Positions 28,757 through 38,047 of a stretch of 64,000 nt of DNA are shown one piece after another. The stretch is from an uncultured Gemmatimonadales bacterium (GTDB lineage Bacteria; Gemmatimonadota; Gemmatimonadetes; Gemmatimonadales; GWC2-71-9). The notes beneath the pieces were generated by a model. That model was not told where the DNA came from. It saw only the letters and a list, made by a program, of their open reading frames with translations, and searched no databases. Positions within the stretch are counted from its first letter, which is position 1; the number at the start of each line of letters is the position of its first letter. The position numbers and the translations under genes are program-made. The stretch is from the NCBI GenBank assembly GCA_963779755.1, contig CAVZZO010000001.1:2176001-2240000 (forward strand), read 5' to 3'.

Positions 28757-30529
28757 GTGCCTGAGGAACGACTCGTAGCGGATCCCCAATCTCTGGAACG
28801 GCTGAGCCGCGGCCTGGGCGCGAAGTTCGAAGTCGTGCGCCTGGTCGGCCGCGGCGGGTTCGCGGAGGTCTATGAGGTCCGCGACCACCAACTGCACCGC
28901 CGCCTGGCCGTCAAGGTCCTGCGCGAGGACATCGCGTGGACGCAGGGGATGTTGCAGCGGTTCGAGGAAGAAGCCCGGGCGCTGGCGCGGCTGAGTCATC
29001 CCAACATTCTGCCTATTCACTTCGTCGGCGAGCGCGAGGGCCTGGTCTATTACGCCATGCCCTTCATCGAAGGGCGCACCCTGGCGGAGATCCTGGCCGA
29101 GGAAGGCCCGCTGCCCGCCGAGCGCGCAGCGCTCATCGGACGGAGCATTCTCGAAGCGCTGGAGCACGCTCACCAGAAGGGCATGATCCACCGCGACATC
29201 AAGCCGGCCAATATTCTCATCGAAGACGAAACCGGCCGCCCGCTGCTGGTGGATTTCGGGATCGCCAAGCGGATGGACGATTCTCCCAGCACCACGCAGT
29301 CGGGATTTGTGGTGGGCACGCCCACCTATATGAGTCCCGAGCAGGCGCTGGGGCACGATCACGTGGATCACCGCAGTGACCTCTACGCGGTGGGCGGCGT
29401 CCTGTTCCACGCGGTGACCGGCGTGCCGCCGTATGCCGGCGACACCTCGCAGGAGGTGATCGGCCGGCACATCAGCCAGGCCATTCCGATCCCGGCGCTG
29501 CTCAACCAGAATATCCCGGAGTGGTTCTCCGATGTCGTCGTCAAGGCCCTGGCCAAGCGGGCGGACGACCGCTACCAGTCGGCGGCGGAGATGGCGGAAG
29601 ATCTCCGGCGCGGCATGCGGACCGGCGCCCGCCCGCCCGGCGCCGGCGACGATGCGGCCCGGGAGCGGATCCGGCACGACGACCCGACCGCCATCATCCC
29701 GGCGCATCAGACGGGCGAATCGCCGGCACCGGGTGCCGCGCCGGTGCTGCCGGAAGTGGTGCATCAGCGTTCGGAGGAGGCAGCGGCGCCCCGCCGCCGG
29801 GGGCGCCGCTCGGAAGATCGCGCCGTCCCCCGGGGCCCCGGGCGGCGCCGCTCGGACCTCGAAGGGCTGCGCAGCTGGAGCTGGCGCCAGCTCGCCGGGT
29901 GGGTCCTGGTGCTGGCGGCCCTGTTCGGGACCATCGCCTATTTCACCCGGGTCCAGCTGTCGCTCGCGATTGCCAACCGGCTGACGCTCCCGGTCCGGTT
30001 CCTGAGCGAAAGCGGCGAGGAGAAGGTCATTCCTCCGGGTGGGAGATTCGCCCAGCCCATGCCGGAAGGTGGAAAGGCGTTGCTCCAGTGGTCGGTGCTG
30101 CGTCCCAAGCTCGACGATCAGGGCGAGGTGGGGGTCAGCATGGACGGGATCATCCGGGTGGATGGCGCGACGTTCATGGAGCTGGTGCGCCGGAAAATCA
30201 CCCGCGATATCGACAGCTGGGATCTCGCCACCGGCAACCGGTACTTCTCGCCGCTTATCACCAACCTGACCGACCGGCCGATCCGCGTCAGCGTCAATCC
30301 CAACAGCCGGCTGGAGGGTTGCTACTGCCTCGTTCCACCCGGTGCTACCCGTCAGTCCATCGGCTACTATCAACTGCTCGACGACACCTCCATCCGGGTG
30401 AGCGATACCCAGGGCCGCTTCGCGATTTTCCGGAATCTGGAGCAGAAGGTGGATTCCTACAGCGGTGCCGTCGAAATCCGGGTCGACCCCGAGACCATGG
30501 GCACCAAGGTACGTCCCAGGACGCCATGA
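28757..30529 (+). CDS. Hanks-type Ser/Thr protein kinase with TM helix and extracytoplasmic domain
   Basis: GRGGFAEV, AVKVL, HRDIKPAN, DFGIA, GTPTYMSPEQ. Confidence 0.93.
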   Translation: MPEERLVADPQSLERLSRGLGAKFEVVRLVGRGGFAEVYEVRDHQLHRRLAVKVLREDIAWTQGMLQRFEEEARALARLSHPNILPIHFVGEREGLVYYAMPFIEGRTLAEILAEEGPLPAERAALIGRSILEALEHAHQKGMIHRDIKPANILIEDETGRPLLVDFGIAKRMDDSPSTTQSGFVVGTPTYMSPEQALGHDHVDHRSDLYAVGGVLFHAVTGVPPYAGDTSQEVIGRHISQAIPIPALLNQNIPEWFSDVVVKALAKRADDRYQSAAEMAEDLRRGMRTGARPPGAGDDAARERIRHDDPTAIIPAHQTGESPAPGAAPVLPEVVHQRSEEAAAPRRRGRRSEDRAVPRGPGRRRSDLEGLRSWSWRQLAGWVLVLAALFGTIAYFTRVQLSLAIANRLTLPVRFLSESGEEKVIPPGGRFAQPMPEGGKALLQWSVLRPKLDDQGEVGVSMDGIIRVDGATFMELVRRKITRDIDSWDLATGNRYFSPLITNLTDRPIRVSVNPNSRLEGCYCLVPPGATRQSIGYYQLLDDTSIRVSDTQGRFAIFRNLEQKVDSYSGAVEIRVDPETMGTKVRPRTP

Positions 30530-31671
30530 CACGACATTCCCCCTTCCGTGCCGCCGCCGCTCTCCTCCTCGCCGTCCCTGCCGTTCTCACCGCCCAGCAA
30601 CACCCCGCGCGTGCGCGCGAGCTGGGAGTCGCGCCGGGGATCTTCACGCCCGGCCGCTGGAACGCGATCACCGATGTGCGCGGCGTCCTGGTGGGGCAGG
30701 TGAGCGTCGTCGAGGGCGATTCGGTCCGCACCGGTATCACCGCCATTCTGCCGCATGGCGGCAACATGTTTGCCGAGCGCGCCCCCGCGGCCCTGCATGT
30801 CGGGAACGGCTTCGGCAAGCTCCTGGGGGTGACGCAGGTGGGCGAGCTGGGCGAGCTGGAGACGCCGATCCTCCTCACCTGTACCCTGTGCGTCTGGAAG
30901 GCCGCCGACGCCCTGGTCGGCTGGATGCTGGACCAGCCGGGAATGGAGGATGTCCGGTCGATCAATCCCGTGGTGGGTGAAACCAACGACGGCTACCTGA
31001 ACATCATCCGGTCCCGCCCCATTACCGCCGCCCAGGTGCGCCAGGCCCTCACCGCCGCTACCAGCGGGCCGGTGCAGGAAGGCACCGTCGGCGCCGGTGT
31101 CGGCACGGTCGCCTTCGGCTGGAAGGGAGGGATCGGCACGTCGTCCCGGGTGCTGCCGGCGGCCCTCGGGGGCTGGACCGTCGGCGTGCTGGTGCAGACC
31201 AACTTCGGGGGCGTGCTCCAGGTGCTGGGCGTCCCCGTGGGTAAGGAGCTGGGACGCTATGCCTTTCAGCGGGCCGTCGCACCCGAGAAGGGCGACGGAT
31301 CCATCATGATCGTGGTCGCCACCGATGCCCCCATCCTGGACCGCAACCTGGGACGGCTGGCCGCACGCGCCATCATGGGGCTTGCCCGCACCGGTTCCTC
31401 GGCCTCGAACGGGTCGGGCGACTACGTTATCGCCTTCTCCGCCTCGCCCGAGGTGCGGCGGAAGTACGACGAGCGGCGTCCCGCCTCACGCGAGCTGACC
31501 AACGATGAGATGTCGCCGCTCTTCCAGGCGGTAGTCGAGGCGACCGAAGAGGCGATCTACAATTCGCTCTTCATGGCGACGGCCGTCACCGCCAACGGGC
31601 ACACGGTCCGGCCGGTACCGCTGGATTCGGTGAAGGTGCTGCTGGAGAAGTACCACGCTGCGCAGCGCTAG
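30526..31671 (+). CDS. P1/S58 family peptidase (DmpA L-aminopeptidase/D-esterase), secreted
   Basis: NAITDV, GNGFGKL, VVGETNDGYLN, GWKGGIGTSSR, GDGSI, NGSGDY. Confidence 0.92.
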   Translation: MTRHSPFRAAAALLLAVPAVLTAQQHPARARELGVAPGIFTPGRWNAITDVRGVLVGQVSVVEGDSVRTGITAILPHGGNMFAERAPAALHVGNGFGKLLGVTQVGELGELETPILLTCTLCVWKAADALVGWMLDQPGMEDVRSINPVVGETNDGYLNIIRSRPITAAQVRQALTAATSGPVQEGTVGAGVGTVAFGWKGGIGTSSRVLPAALGGWTVGVLVQTNFGGVLQVLGVPVGKELGRYAFQRAVAPEKGDGSIMIVVATDAPILDRNLGRLAARAIMGLARTGSSASNGSGDYVIAFSASPEVRRKYDERRPASRELTNDEMSPLFQAVVEATEEAIYNSLFMATAVTANGHTVRPVPLDSVKVLLEKYHAAQR

Positions 31672-31693
31672 GAGACGGAGAGAAGGATGGACT

Positions 31694-31860
31694 AAGACGG
31701 GAAGAAGACGGGAAGAAGACGGGAAGAAGACGGGAATAAGACGGAAATAAGACGGGAAAGGACTAGCCTTCCCGGCTGCCGTTTCCGTTCACCCTCGGTC
31801 CTGTTCCCGTCCTGTTCCCGTCCTGTTCCCGTCCTGTTCCCGTCCTATTCCCGTCCTGTT
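31694..31860. repeat. Inverted pair of 11-mer tandem arrays
   Basis: About 6x AAGACGGGAAG (31694-31759) facing about 6x GTCCTGTTCCC (31798-31860). Confidence 0.9.
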
Positions 31861-31861
31861 G

Positions 31862-33037
31862 CTAGTCCTCTTCGATCCGGTAAATCCGCCCCGACGCCAT
31901 CACCACGTACACCTCGCCCGCGGCGTCTTCCCCGAACGACACCACGTTGTCATTGATGAGCGGCGCCTGCAGTGGCGGATAGGCGCCCACCGCCTGCCCG
32001 TTCACTATCCGGATGCTACGCGCCCAGCCGGAGCAGTAATCGCCGTAGAAGTAGGTACCCTGGAGCGCGGGAATGGCGCCGCCCCGATACACATACCCGC
32101 CCGTGATGGCACAGGCCGGACCGTGCGGGTATTCGAACAGCGGCAGCGTCAGTCCCGTCATGTCGCAGCCGGACAGCGGGCGGTTGCAGAGCGTCGCTTC
32201 CATTCGGGGCCAGCCGAAGTTCTGCCCTGCGGTGCCCGCCGGAATACGATCGATTTCCTCCAGCCGGTCCTCACCCACGTCGGCGATATAGATATCGCCG
32301 CTGCCGCGGTCGAAGCTCCAGCGCCAGGGATTGCGGAAGCCGAGGGCGTAGATCTCGGGGCGCCACCCCGCCCGGTTCACGAACGGGTTGTCGGTCGGAA
32401 CCGTGTAGGGCGCGCCATGATCGACGTCGATCCGGATCATCTTGCCGTGCAGCGAGGTGCTGTCCTGGGCGGGGCTGCTCGGCAGCGTGTCCGTATTCCG
32501 CCCCTCCAGGGTGTCGCCGAAGGCCAGGTAGAGATCGCCGTCGGGGCCGAAGGCGACGAGGCCGCCGTAGAGTACGGCCCGCGGGTCCTGCGGCAGCTCG
32601 AGGATCACCTGCTCGGAATTGAGATCGGCATGATCGAAGTCCGGCGTGGCGGTAAACTCCGAAAGCCGGCCGTTCCCGTTCGCCCCGACGTAATAGACGA
32701 AGAGCCGCCGGTTGCTGGCATACGCCGGATGAAAGGCGAGGCTGTAGCTGCCGTACTCGCCCGTGGCGGGGGACGTCTCGCCGGTCAGGTTCAGGAATGC
32801 GGAGTCCTGGCGCACCCCGTTCTTGCGCAGCAGAATGCGGCCGCCGCGCTGCACTACCACAAGCCGGCTGGTATCGCCCGGCGGCGAGGTGACATAGATG
32901 GAGAAGTCGTAACCGCTGTCGACCGGCGCCAGGACCAGATGCAGCGGCCCCGGCCCCGGTGCGGGGCCGGTGCTGTCGCTGCAGGCGGCAATCACGACGG
33001 CGGCAGCCAGCAGGATGGCCGGACGGAGTAAACGCAT
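31862..33037 (-). CDS. PQQ-dependent sugar dehydrogenase (GSDH/HHIP-like) lipoprotein
   Basis: Lipobox IAAC; LAFHP, FGPDGDLY, GKMIRIDVD, EIYALGFRNPWR, SFGEDAAGEVY. Confidence 0.9.
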   Translation of the reverse strand: MRLLRPAILLAAAVVIAACSDSTGPAPGPGPLHLVLAPVDSGYDFSIYVTSPPGDTSRLVVVQRGGRILLRKNGVRQDSAFLNLTGETSPATGEYGSYSLAFHPAYASNRRLFVYYVGANGNGRLSEFTATPDFDHADLNSEQVILELPQDPRAVLYGGLVAFGPDGDLYLAFGDTLEGRNTDTLPSSPAQDSTSLHGKMIRIDVDHGAPYTVPTDNPFVNRAGWRPEIYALGFRNPWRWSFDRGSGDIYIADVGEDRLEEIDRIPAGTAGQNFGWPRMEATLCNRPLSGCDMTGLTLPLFEYPHGPACAITGGYVYRGGAIPALQGTYFYGDYCSGWARSIRIVNGQAVGAYPPLQAPLINDNVVSFGEDAAGEVYVVMASGRIYRIEED

Positions 33038-33049
33038 GGAGGGCAATGT

Positions 33050-33132
33050 AAGACGGGAGAAAGACGGGAGAAAGACGGGAGATGGACGGGAGATGGATCG
33101 TCCTTCTTCCGTTCCGCCCGGCCTGTCTTCTC
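33050..33132. repeat. 11-mer tandem array (GACGGGAGAAA/GACGGGAGATG) with degenerate inverted arm
   Basis: Four GACGGGAGA cores; same core as the 31694 array. Confidence 0.75.
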
Positions 33133-33194
33133 CGGGTCCGCTGTTATATTGCTCCCGGCCGCTCTGAACTCTCATCCTGCAAGGAAGATCGCGC

Positions 33195-34421
33195 ATGGAC
33201 GACGCGCTCTATTTTGGTGAGCAGCACCAGCAGGTGCGCGAAATGGTCCGGGAATTCGCCCGGCAGGAAATTGCTCCCGTCGCCCGCGAGCTCGATCGCG
33301 ACTCCGAGTTCCCCTGGGAAAACGTCAAGAAGATGGGCGAGCTGGGGCTCCTCGGGATTCCCTGGAGCGAGGAGCTGGGTGGGGCGGGGATGGACCAGCT
33401 GAGCTATTACATCACGCTCCATGAGCTGGCCAAGGTGGACGCCAGCCATGCGCTCACCGTGAGCGCCCATACCAATCTCGGGACGTCCCCGATCGTCGAG
33501 TTCGGAACCGACGAGCAGCGGCGCCGTTACGTGCCGCTGCTGGCCTCGGGCCAGGTGCTGGGTGGCTTCGGCCTGACCGAGCCCGGGGCAGGAAGCGATG
33601 CCGGAGGCACCGCGACCACGGCCATAGACAAGGGCGATCACTTCCTGCTCAACGGCACCAAGGTCTTCATCACCCATGCCGGGGTCGGAGAGATTTTCTC
33701 GGCCACGGCCCGGACCGCCCCCGGCAAGGGCAACAAGGGGATCACCAGCTTCATCGTCACCAAGGACACGGTGGATCTGGCCCGCTGCCGGGAGCTGGGC
33801 ATTGGCCACGCCGGGGATCTGCCCAAGGTGGCCGGCGTCCGGGCCGGGAAAAAAGAGGAGAAGATGGGCTGGCGCGCGAGCGATACCCGCGAGCTGATCT
33901 TCGAGGATGCCGTGGTGCCCAGGGAAAATGTCCTGGGGGAAATGGGGCAGGGGTTCGTCAACTTCCTCAAGACGCTGGACGCCGGCCGGATCGGGATCGC
34001 CGCGGTATCCCTGGGCATTGCCGAGGGCGCCTACGACCAGGCCCGCGAATATGCCGGCGTGCGCAAACAGTTCGGCCAGCCCATCGGCTCCTTTCAGGGC
34101 GTCTCGTTCAAGCTGGCCGACATGGCCACCGAAATCGAGGCCGGCACGCACCTCCTCTACCAGGCCGCCTGGCTCAAGCAGAACGGCAGGTCCTTCAAGA
34201 AAGAGGCGGCCATGGCCAAGCTCTACTGCAGCGAGCTCGCCATGCGCGTCACCACCGCGGCGGTCCAGGTCTTCGGCGGCTATGGCTATACCACCGACTA
34301 TCCGGTGGAGCGCATGATGCGCGACGCCAAGGTCTGCGAGATCGGCGAAGGAACCAGCGAAATCCAGCGGATCGTCATTGCCCGGGAGATCCTGGGGGAC
34401 TTGGCGCGCCAGAGCGCCTGA
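33195..34421 (+). CDS. Acyl-CoA dehydrogenase (short/branched-chain type)
   Basis: [56 protein letters not shown]. Confidence 0.95.
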   Translation: MDDALYFGEQHQQVREMVREFARQEIAPVARELDRDSEFPWENVKKMGELGLLGIPWSEELGGAGMDQLSYYITLHELAKVDASHALTVSAHTNLGTSPIVEFGTDEQRRRYVPLLASGQVLGGFGLTEPGAGSDAGGTATTAIDKGDHFLLNGTKVFITHAGVGEIFSATARTAPGKGNKGITSFIVTKDTVDLARCRELGIGHAGDLPKVAGVRAGKKEEKMGWRASDTRELIFEDAVVPRENVLGEMGQGFVNFLKTLDAGRIGIAAVSLGIAEGAYDQAREYAGVRKQFGQPIGSFQGVSFKLADMATEIEAGTHLLYQAAWLKQNGRSFKKEAAMAKLYCSELAMRVTTAAVQVFGGYGYTTDYPVERMMRDAKVCEIGEGTSEIQRIVIAREILGDLARQSA

Positions 34422-34520
34422 GAACGGGCGAACGGAGGAACGGACAAAGGGAATGGGGAAATGGGAAGGCGGGAGCATTCTCCGCCGCTTCCCTTTCCCC
34501 ATTCTCTTTTCCCCGGACCG

Positions 34521-34549
34521 TTGCTCTAAGTCAAGCTATTGCATAAATT
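34521..34549 (+). promoter_or_regulatory. Putative sigma70 promoter for the RNase E/G gene
   Basis: TTGCTC-N17-TAAATT in a locally AT-rich patch. Confidence 0.55.
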
Positions 34550-34983
34550 TAGGCCCATGTTACCGGTCGCAGTCACGCCACGTTCCGGTTTTCGCCTGCT
34601 CATCCAACGCCTGCGCCATCGTCTGCAAGATGGCCTGGGGCATTGGGTTGCGGCCGTGTACCCCATGCTGCACTCCTCCCGGGCGGCGTCACGCCGCGGC
34701 GGTCCGGGGAGAGCTGAACCTGCCCGGTTGCACCGGTTCCCCGGGAACCGCGGACCTTCGGGCGGCGCCATCGAGGTACGGATGATGTCCTGCCAGGCCG
34801 GTCTGATCGGGGCCGGGCTGCTTACCAGTGTGCCGGCTGCCGGTCACGCGGTCCCCGTCCAGCGAGGACGGTCCGGGTGGCGGGCTCCGGTCCGAGTTGC
34901 GCGATACGGTCTCCCCGCCGGGGAACTCCGTTCGCCCTACGTTTACGGGGCCCGCCAGGCATGGCTGGCCGAGGGTGTTCAGC

Positions 34984-36654
34984 TTGAAGCGCGAGATTCT
35001 CATCAATGGAGGCCAGCGCGAGACGCGAGTGGCCATCCTCGAGGACGATCGCCTCGTCGAATTGCTCATCGACCGCCCGGATCACCGTCGCCGCGTCGGC
35101 GACATCTACAAGGGACGGGTGGAAGCGGTCCTCCCCGGTATTCAGGCGGCGTTTGTTGACATAGGCCTCGAGAAGAGCGCCTTCCTCCATGCCTCCGATT
35201 TGCTGGAGCCGGAGGAAGACGAGGAGCCGCTGGAAGAACCCGGGGATGAAGACGATGCGGCCGAGGCGCAGGAGGCCGCGGAGCAGACCGACCCGGAGCC
35301 GGCCGCCGCGGAGGAGAAGGGCCGCGGGCGCGACCGCCGCCGCCGGGGCAGGAACGGCGGGGGCGGGAGTAGCGCCGGGCGGCTGCGTGAGCCCGGAAAC
35401 CGCCGGGCGCTGCCCAACATCCAGGAAATCCTCAAGAAAGGCCAGACCCTCCTGGTCCAGGTGACCAAAGAGCCCATCAGTACCAAGGGCTCCCGGGTTA
35501 CCGCGCAGATCTCCCTCCCCGGGCGCTTCCTGGTCTACATGCCCTACGCTTCCCGCGTAGGGGTGAGCCGCAAGATCGACAGCCGGGAACAGCGCGCCCG
35601 CCTCCGCGAGATGGTCGCCGGGCTGCTGCCGAAGGACTCGGGCGGTGTCATTGTCCGCACGGTCGCCGAAGGGGTCACGGAGGAGCATTTCCGCCGCGAA
35701 ATCGACTCGCTGCTCAGCCTGTGGAAGAAGATCGTCAAGAAGGAGCGCTTCGTGCGCGCCCCGGCACTGGTGAACCGCGAGACCAGCCTTACCCGGGGCC
35801 TCATCCGCGATGTCTTCAGCGCCAAGGTGGACGCCTTGCACGTGGACACCAAGGAGATCCACCATGAGGTCGCGCAGTACCTGAAGCAGGTCGATCCCGA
35901 GCTGCTCGAGCGGGTGAACCTCTACCAGGACGATCCGCCCCTCTTCGAGAAGTTCGATATCGAAAACGAAATCCGCGACCTCTTCAAGGCCCGGTGCGAG
36001 CTTCCCACCGGAGGCTCCATCATCATCCAGCCTACCGAAGCTCTGGTGTCCATCGACGTCAACACCGGGCGCTATACCGGCAAGAAGGACCCCGAAAAGA
36101 CCATTCTCCGGACCAACCTCGAGGCCGCCCGCGAGATCGCCCGCCAGATCCGCCTCCGCGATATCGGCGGGATCGTGGTCTGCGACTTCATTGACATGGA
36201 ATCGCGGGGCAACCGGGAGAAGGTCCTCCAGGAGCTGCGGACCCACCTGGGGCGCGACCGGGCCCGGACCAAGGCCTTCGCGGTGAGCGAGCTGGGCCTC
36301 ATCGAGATGACCCGGCAGCGGGTGCGCCCCAGCCTCTGGCACTCCCTGACCACCGAATGCCCCACCTGCTCGGGCACCGGACGGGTCTTCAAGCCGGAAG
36401 TGGTGGCGCGCCGGCTGGAACGCTCCCTCCGGCGGGCGGGGAGGGACCGCAAGGAGCGGCATCTGGCGGTGCGGCTGCACCCCGAGGTGGCCCTCTACCT
36501 CCTGGAGCACGAGCCCAAGCTCATGCAGGCCCTGGCTCGCCAGACGGGCCTGCAGATCGAATTCCGGGACGATCCCATGATGCGGCTGGACGAGTTCCGG
36601 CTCATGAGCCGGCCCGCAGGGCGGGATGTGACGGACCTGTACGCGGTGGCTTGA
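34984..36654 (+). CDS. rng: Rne/Rng family ribonuclease
   Basis: TTG start (MKREILIN) after GAGGGT; GDIYKGRV..VLPGIQAAFVDIG, QVTKEPISTKG, IDVNTG, NLEAAREIARQIRLRDIGG, CPTCSGTG. Confidence 0.92.
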   Translation: MKREILINGGQRETRVAILEDDRLVELLIDRPDHRRRVGDIYKGRVEAVLPGIQAAFVDIGLEKSAFLHASDLLEPEEDEEPLEEPGDEDDAAEAQEAAEQTDPEPAAAEEKGRGRDRRRRGRNGGGGSSAGRLREPGNRRALPNIQEILKKGQTLLVQVTKEPISTKGSRVTAQISLPGRFLVYMPYASRVGVSRKIDSREQRARLREMVAGLLPKDSGGVIVRTVAEGVTEEHFRREIDSLLSLWKKIVKKERFVRAPALVNRETSLTRGLIRDVFSAKVDALHVDTKEIHHEVAQYLKQVDPELLERVNLYQDDPPLFEKFDIENEIRDLFKARCELPTGGSIIIQPTEALVSIDVNTGRYTGKKDPEKTILRTNLEAAREIARQIRLRDIGGIVVCDFIDMESRGNREKVLQELRTHLGRDRARTKAFAVSELGLIEMTRQRVRPSLWHSLTTECPTCSGTGRVFKPEVVARRLERSLRRAGRDRKERHLAVRLHPEVALYLLEHEPKLMQALARQTGLQIEFRDDPMMRLDEFRLMSRPAGRDVTDLYAVA

Positions 36655-36656
36655 GC

Positions 36657-36750
36657 AGGGATCAGGGACCAGGGACCAGGCCCCCAGCCCCAGCCCCGTT
36701 GGGAGTGGTGGGGCCCTGATTCCCGATTCCTGGTCCCTGGCCCCCCGTCC
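36657..36750. repeat. Inverted heptamer arrays (AGGGAYC / GRTYCCT)
   Basis: agggatc agggacc agggacc ... cctgatt cccgatt cctggtc cctggcc. Confidence 0.8.
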
Positions 36751-36764
36751 CTCATTACGGGTAC

Positions 36765-36793
36765 TTGACGTAACCGTCCCGCTCGTCTAAGCT
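36765..36793 (+). promoter_or_regulatory. sigma70 promoter of rplU-rpmA
   Basis: TTGACG-N17-TAAGCT. Confidence 0.7.
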
Positions 36794-36831
36794 TACGGGC
36801 TCTATTCCGGCCACTTGGGAAGGTGTGGATC

Positions 36832-37146
36832 ATGTACGCGATCTTTCGCGCCCTCGGCAAACAGTTTCGTGCGGAAAAGGGGCAGGTGCTCCGGCTTCCT
36901 CTCATGCATGAGGAACCCGGCGCCAAGGTCACCTTCGATGAAGTCCTGCTCTCCGCCGACGGCGACACCATCCAGGCCGGGTCGCCCCTGGTGAAGGGCG
37001 CCGCCGTAGAGGCCGAAGTCCTGGGCGAGGGCAAGGAAAAGAAGATCTACGTTTTCAAGTTCAAGCGCCGGAAGAACTACCGCCGGAAGACCGGCCATCG
37101 CCAGCGCTTTACGGAAGTCCGGATCACCGATATCCGGGCAGGGTGA
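36832..37146 (+). CDS. rplU: 50S ribosomal protein L21
   Basis: MYAIF..GKQF, FKFKRRKNYRRKTGHRQ. Confidence 0.97.
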   Translation: MYAIFRALGKQFRAEKGQVLRLPLMHEEPGAKVTFDEVLLSADGDTIQAGSPLVKGAAVEAEVLGEGKEKKIYVFKFKRRKNYRRKTGHRQRFTEVRITDIRAG

Positions 37147-37152
37147 GGAACC

Positions 37153-37425
37153 ATGGCTCATAAGAAGGGCGTCGGCTCCAGCCGCAACGGGCGGACCGCC
37201 AATCCGAAATATCTTGGCGTCAAGAAGTTCGGCGGCGAACGGGTCCGCGCCGGCATGATCCTGGTCCGCCAGCGGGGGACCAGGTTCCACCCCGGCCGCA
37301 ACGTGCTCCGCGGCTCCGACGACACACTGTTTTCCACCGTCGACGGCGTCGTGAAGTTTGAATATCGTGACAAGAACCGGAAGCAGGTGTCGGTCTACCC
37401 GCCCGAGGCTGCGGCCACCGCCTGA
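37153..37425 (+). CDS. rpmA: 50S ribosomal protein L27
   Basis: [22 protein letters not shown]. Confidence 0.98.
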   Translation: MAHKKGVGSSRNGRTANPKYLGVKKFGGERVRAGMILVRQRGTRFHPGRNVLRGSDDTLFSTVDGVVKFEYRDKNRKQVSVYPPEAAATA

Positions 37426-37450
37426 TTTCGCGGCATCAGTCCAGCTCCCC

Positions 37451-37480
37451 CGGGACGCCTTTCGGCGTCCCGTTCTTGTT
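37451..37480 (+). terminator. Intrinsic terminator after rpmA
   Basis: CGGGACGCC-TTTC-GGCGTCCCG followed by TTCTTGTT. Confidence 0.8.
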
Positions 37481-37622
37481 GCCGGTTCGGCCGTCCCCCC
37501 TTGGCCCCTCAGCAGGCTCCCTGCATATTGCAGGATGAAACATCTGGCGCAGCCCGGCCGTCGTGACCAGTGCCGCTCGCCGGACTCTGGCGACAGGCGA
37601 CCGACGACTCGGAGGGGAGATC

Positions 37623-37982
37623 ATGGGAACGATTCTGGAACGCCTCAACCGTGAGCTGGAACAGATGGGCCGGCGGGCGCAGGCCGCGCTGGACGAGGGC
37701 AGGCTTCAACTGGAGCTGCTGCGGCTGCGCCGCCAGCGCGACAATGCCGCGGGGGATCTGGGCCGCCTCATCTACAAGCGGGAGCGGGGCGGGGAGGTGG
37801 AACCGGCACGGATCGACGCCCTGCTGCTCCGGCTGGATGATATCGAAGCCGCCATCGACAAGGTGGAACACCAGATGCGGAGCGTGAAGGCCGAGGCGGT
37901 GGTGGAGGAGGAGCCGGTGCCGGCCGGCGCCGGTGCCGCTCCCGAGCCGCCGCCGGGTGCGGAGGAAGGATCTCCCAGCTGA
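37623..37982 (+). CDS. Hypothetical coiled-coil protein
   Basis: GGAGGGG RBS; helical ORF MGTILERLNRELEQ. Confidence 0.7.
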   Translation: MGTILERLNRELEQMGRRAQAALDEGRLQLELLRLRRQRDNAAGDLGRLIYKRERGGEVEPARIDALLLRLDDIEAAIDKVEHQMRSVKAEAVVEEEPVPAGAGAAPEPPPGAEEGSPS

Positions 37983-38047
37983 GGGATCAGGAATCAGGAA
38001 CCAGGGGGTACCTGTCCCCTGATTCCTGACTCCTGGCTCCCGATCCC
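37983..38047. repeat. Inverted heptamer arrays between convergent genes
   Basis: gggatc aggaatc aggaacc agggg ... cccctgatt cctgact cctggct cccgatccc. Confidence 0.85.
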
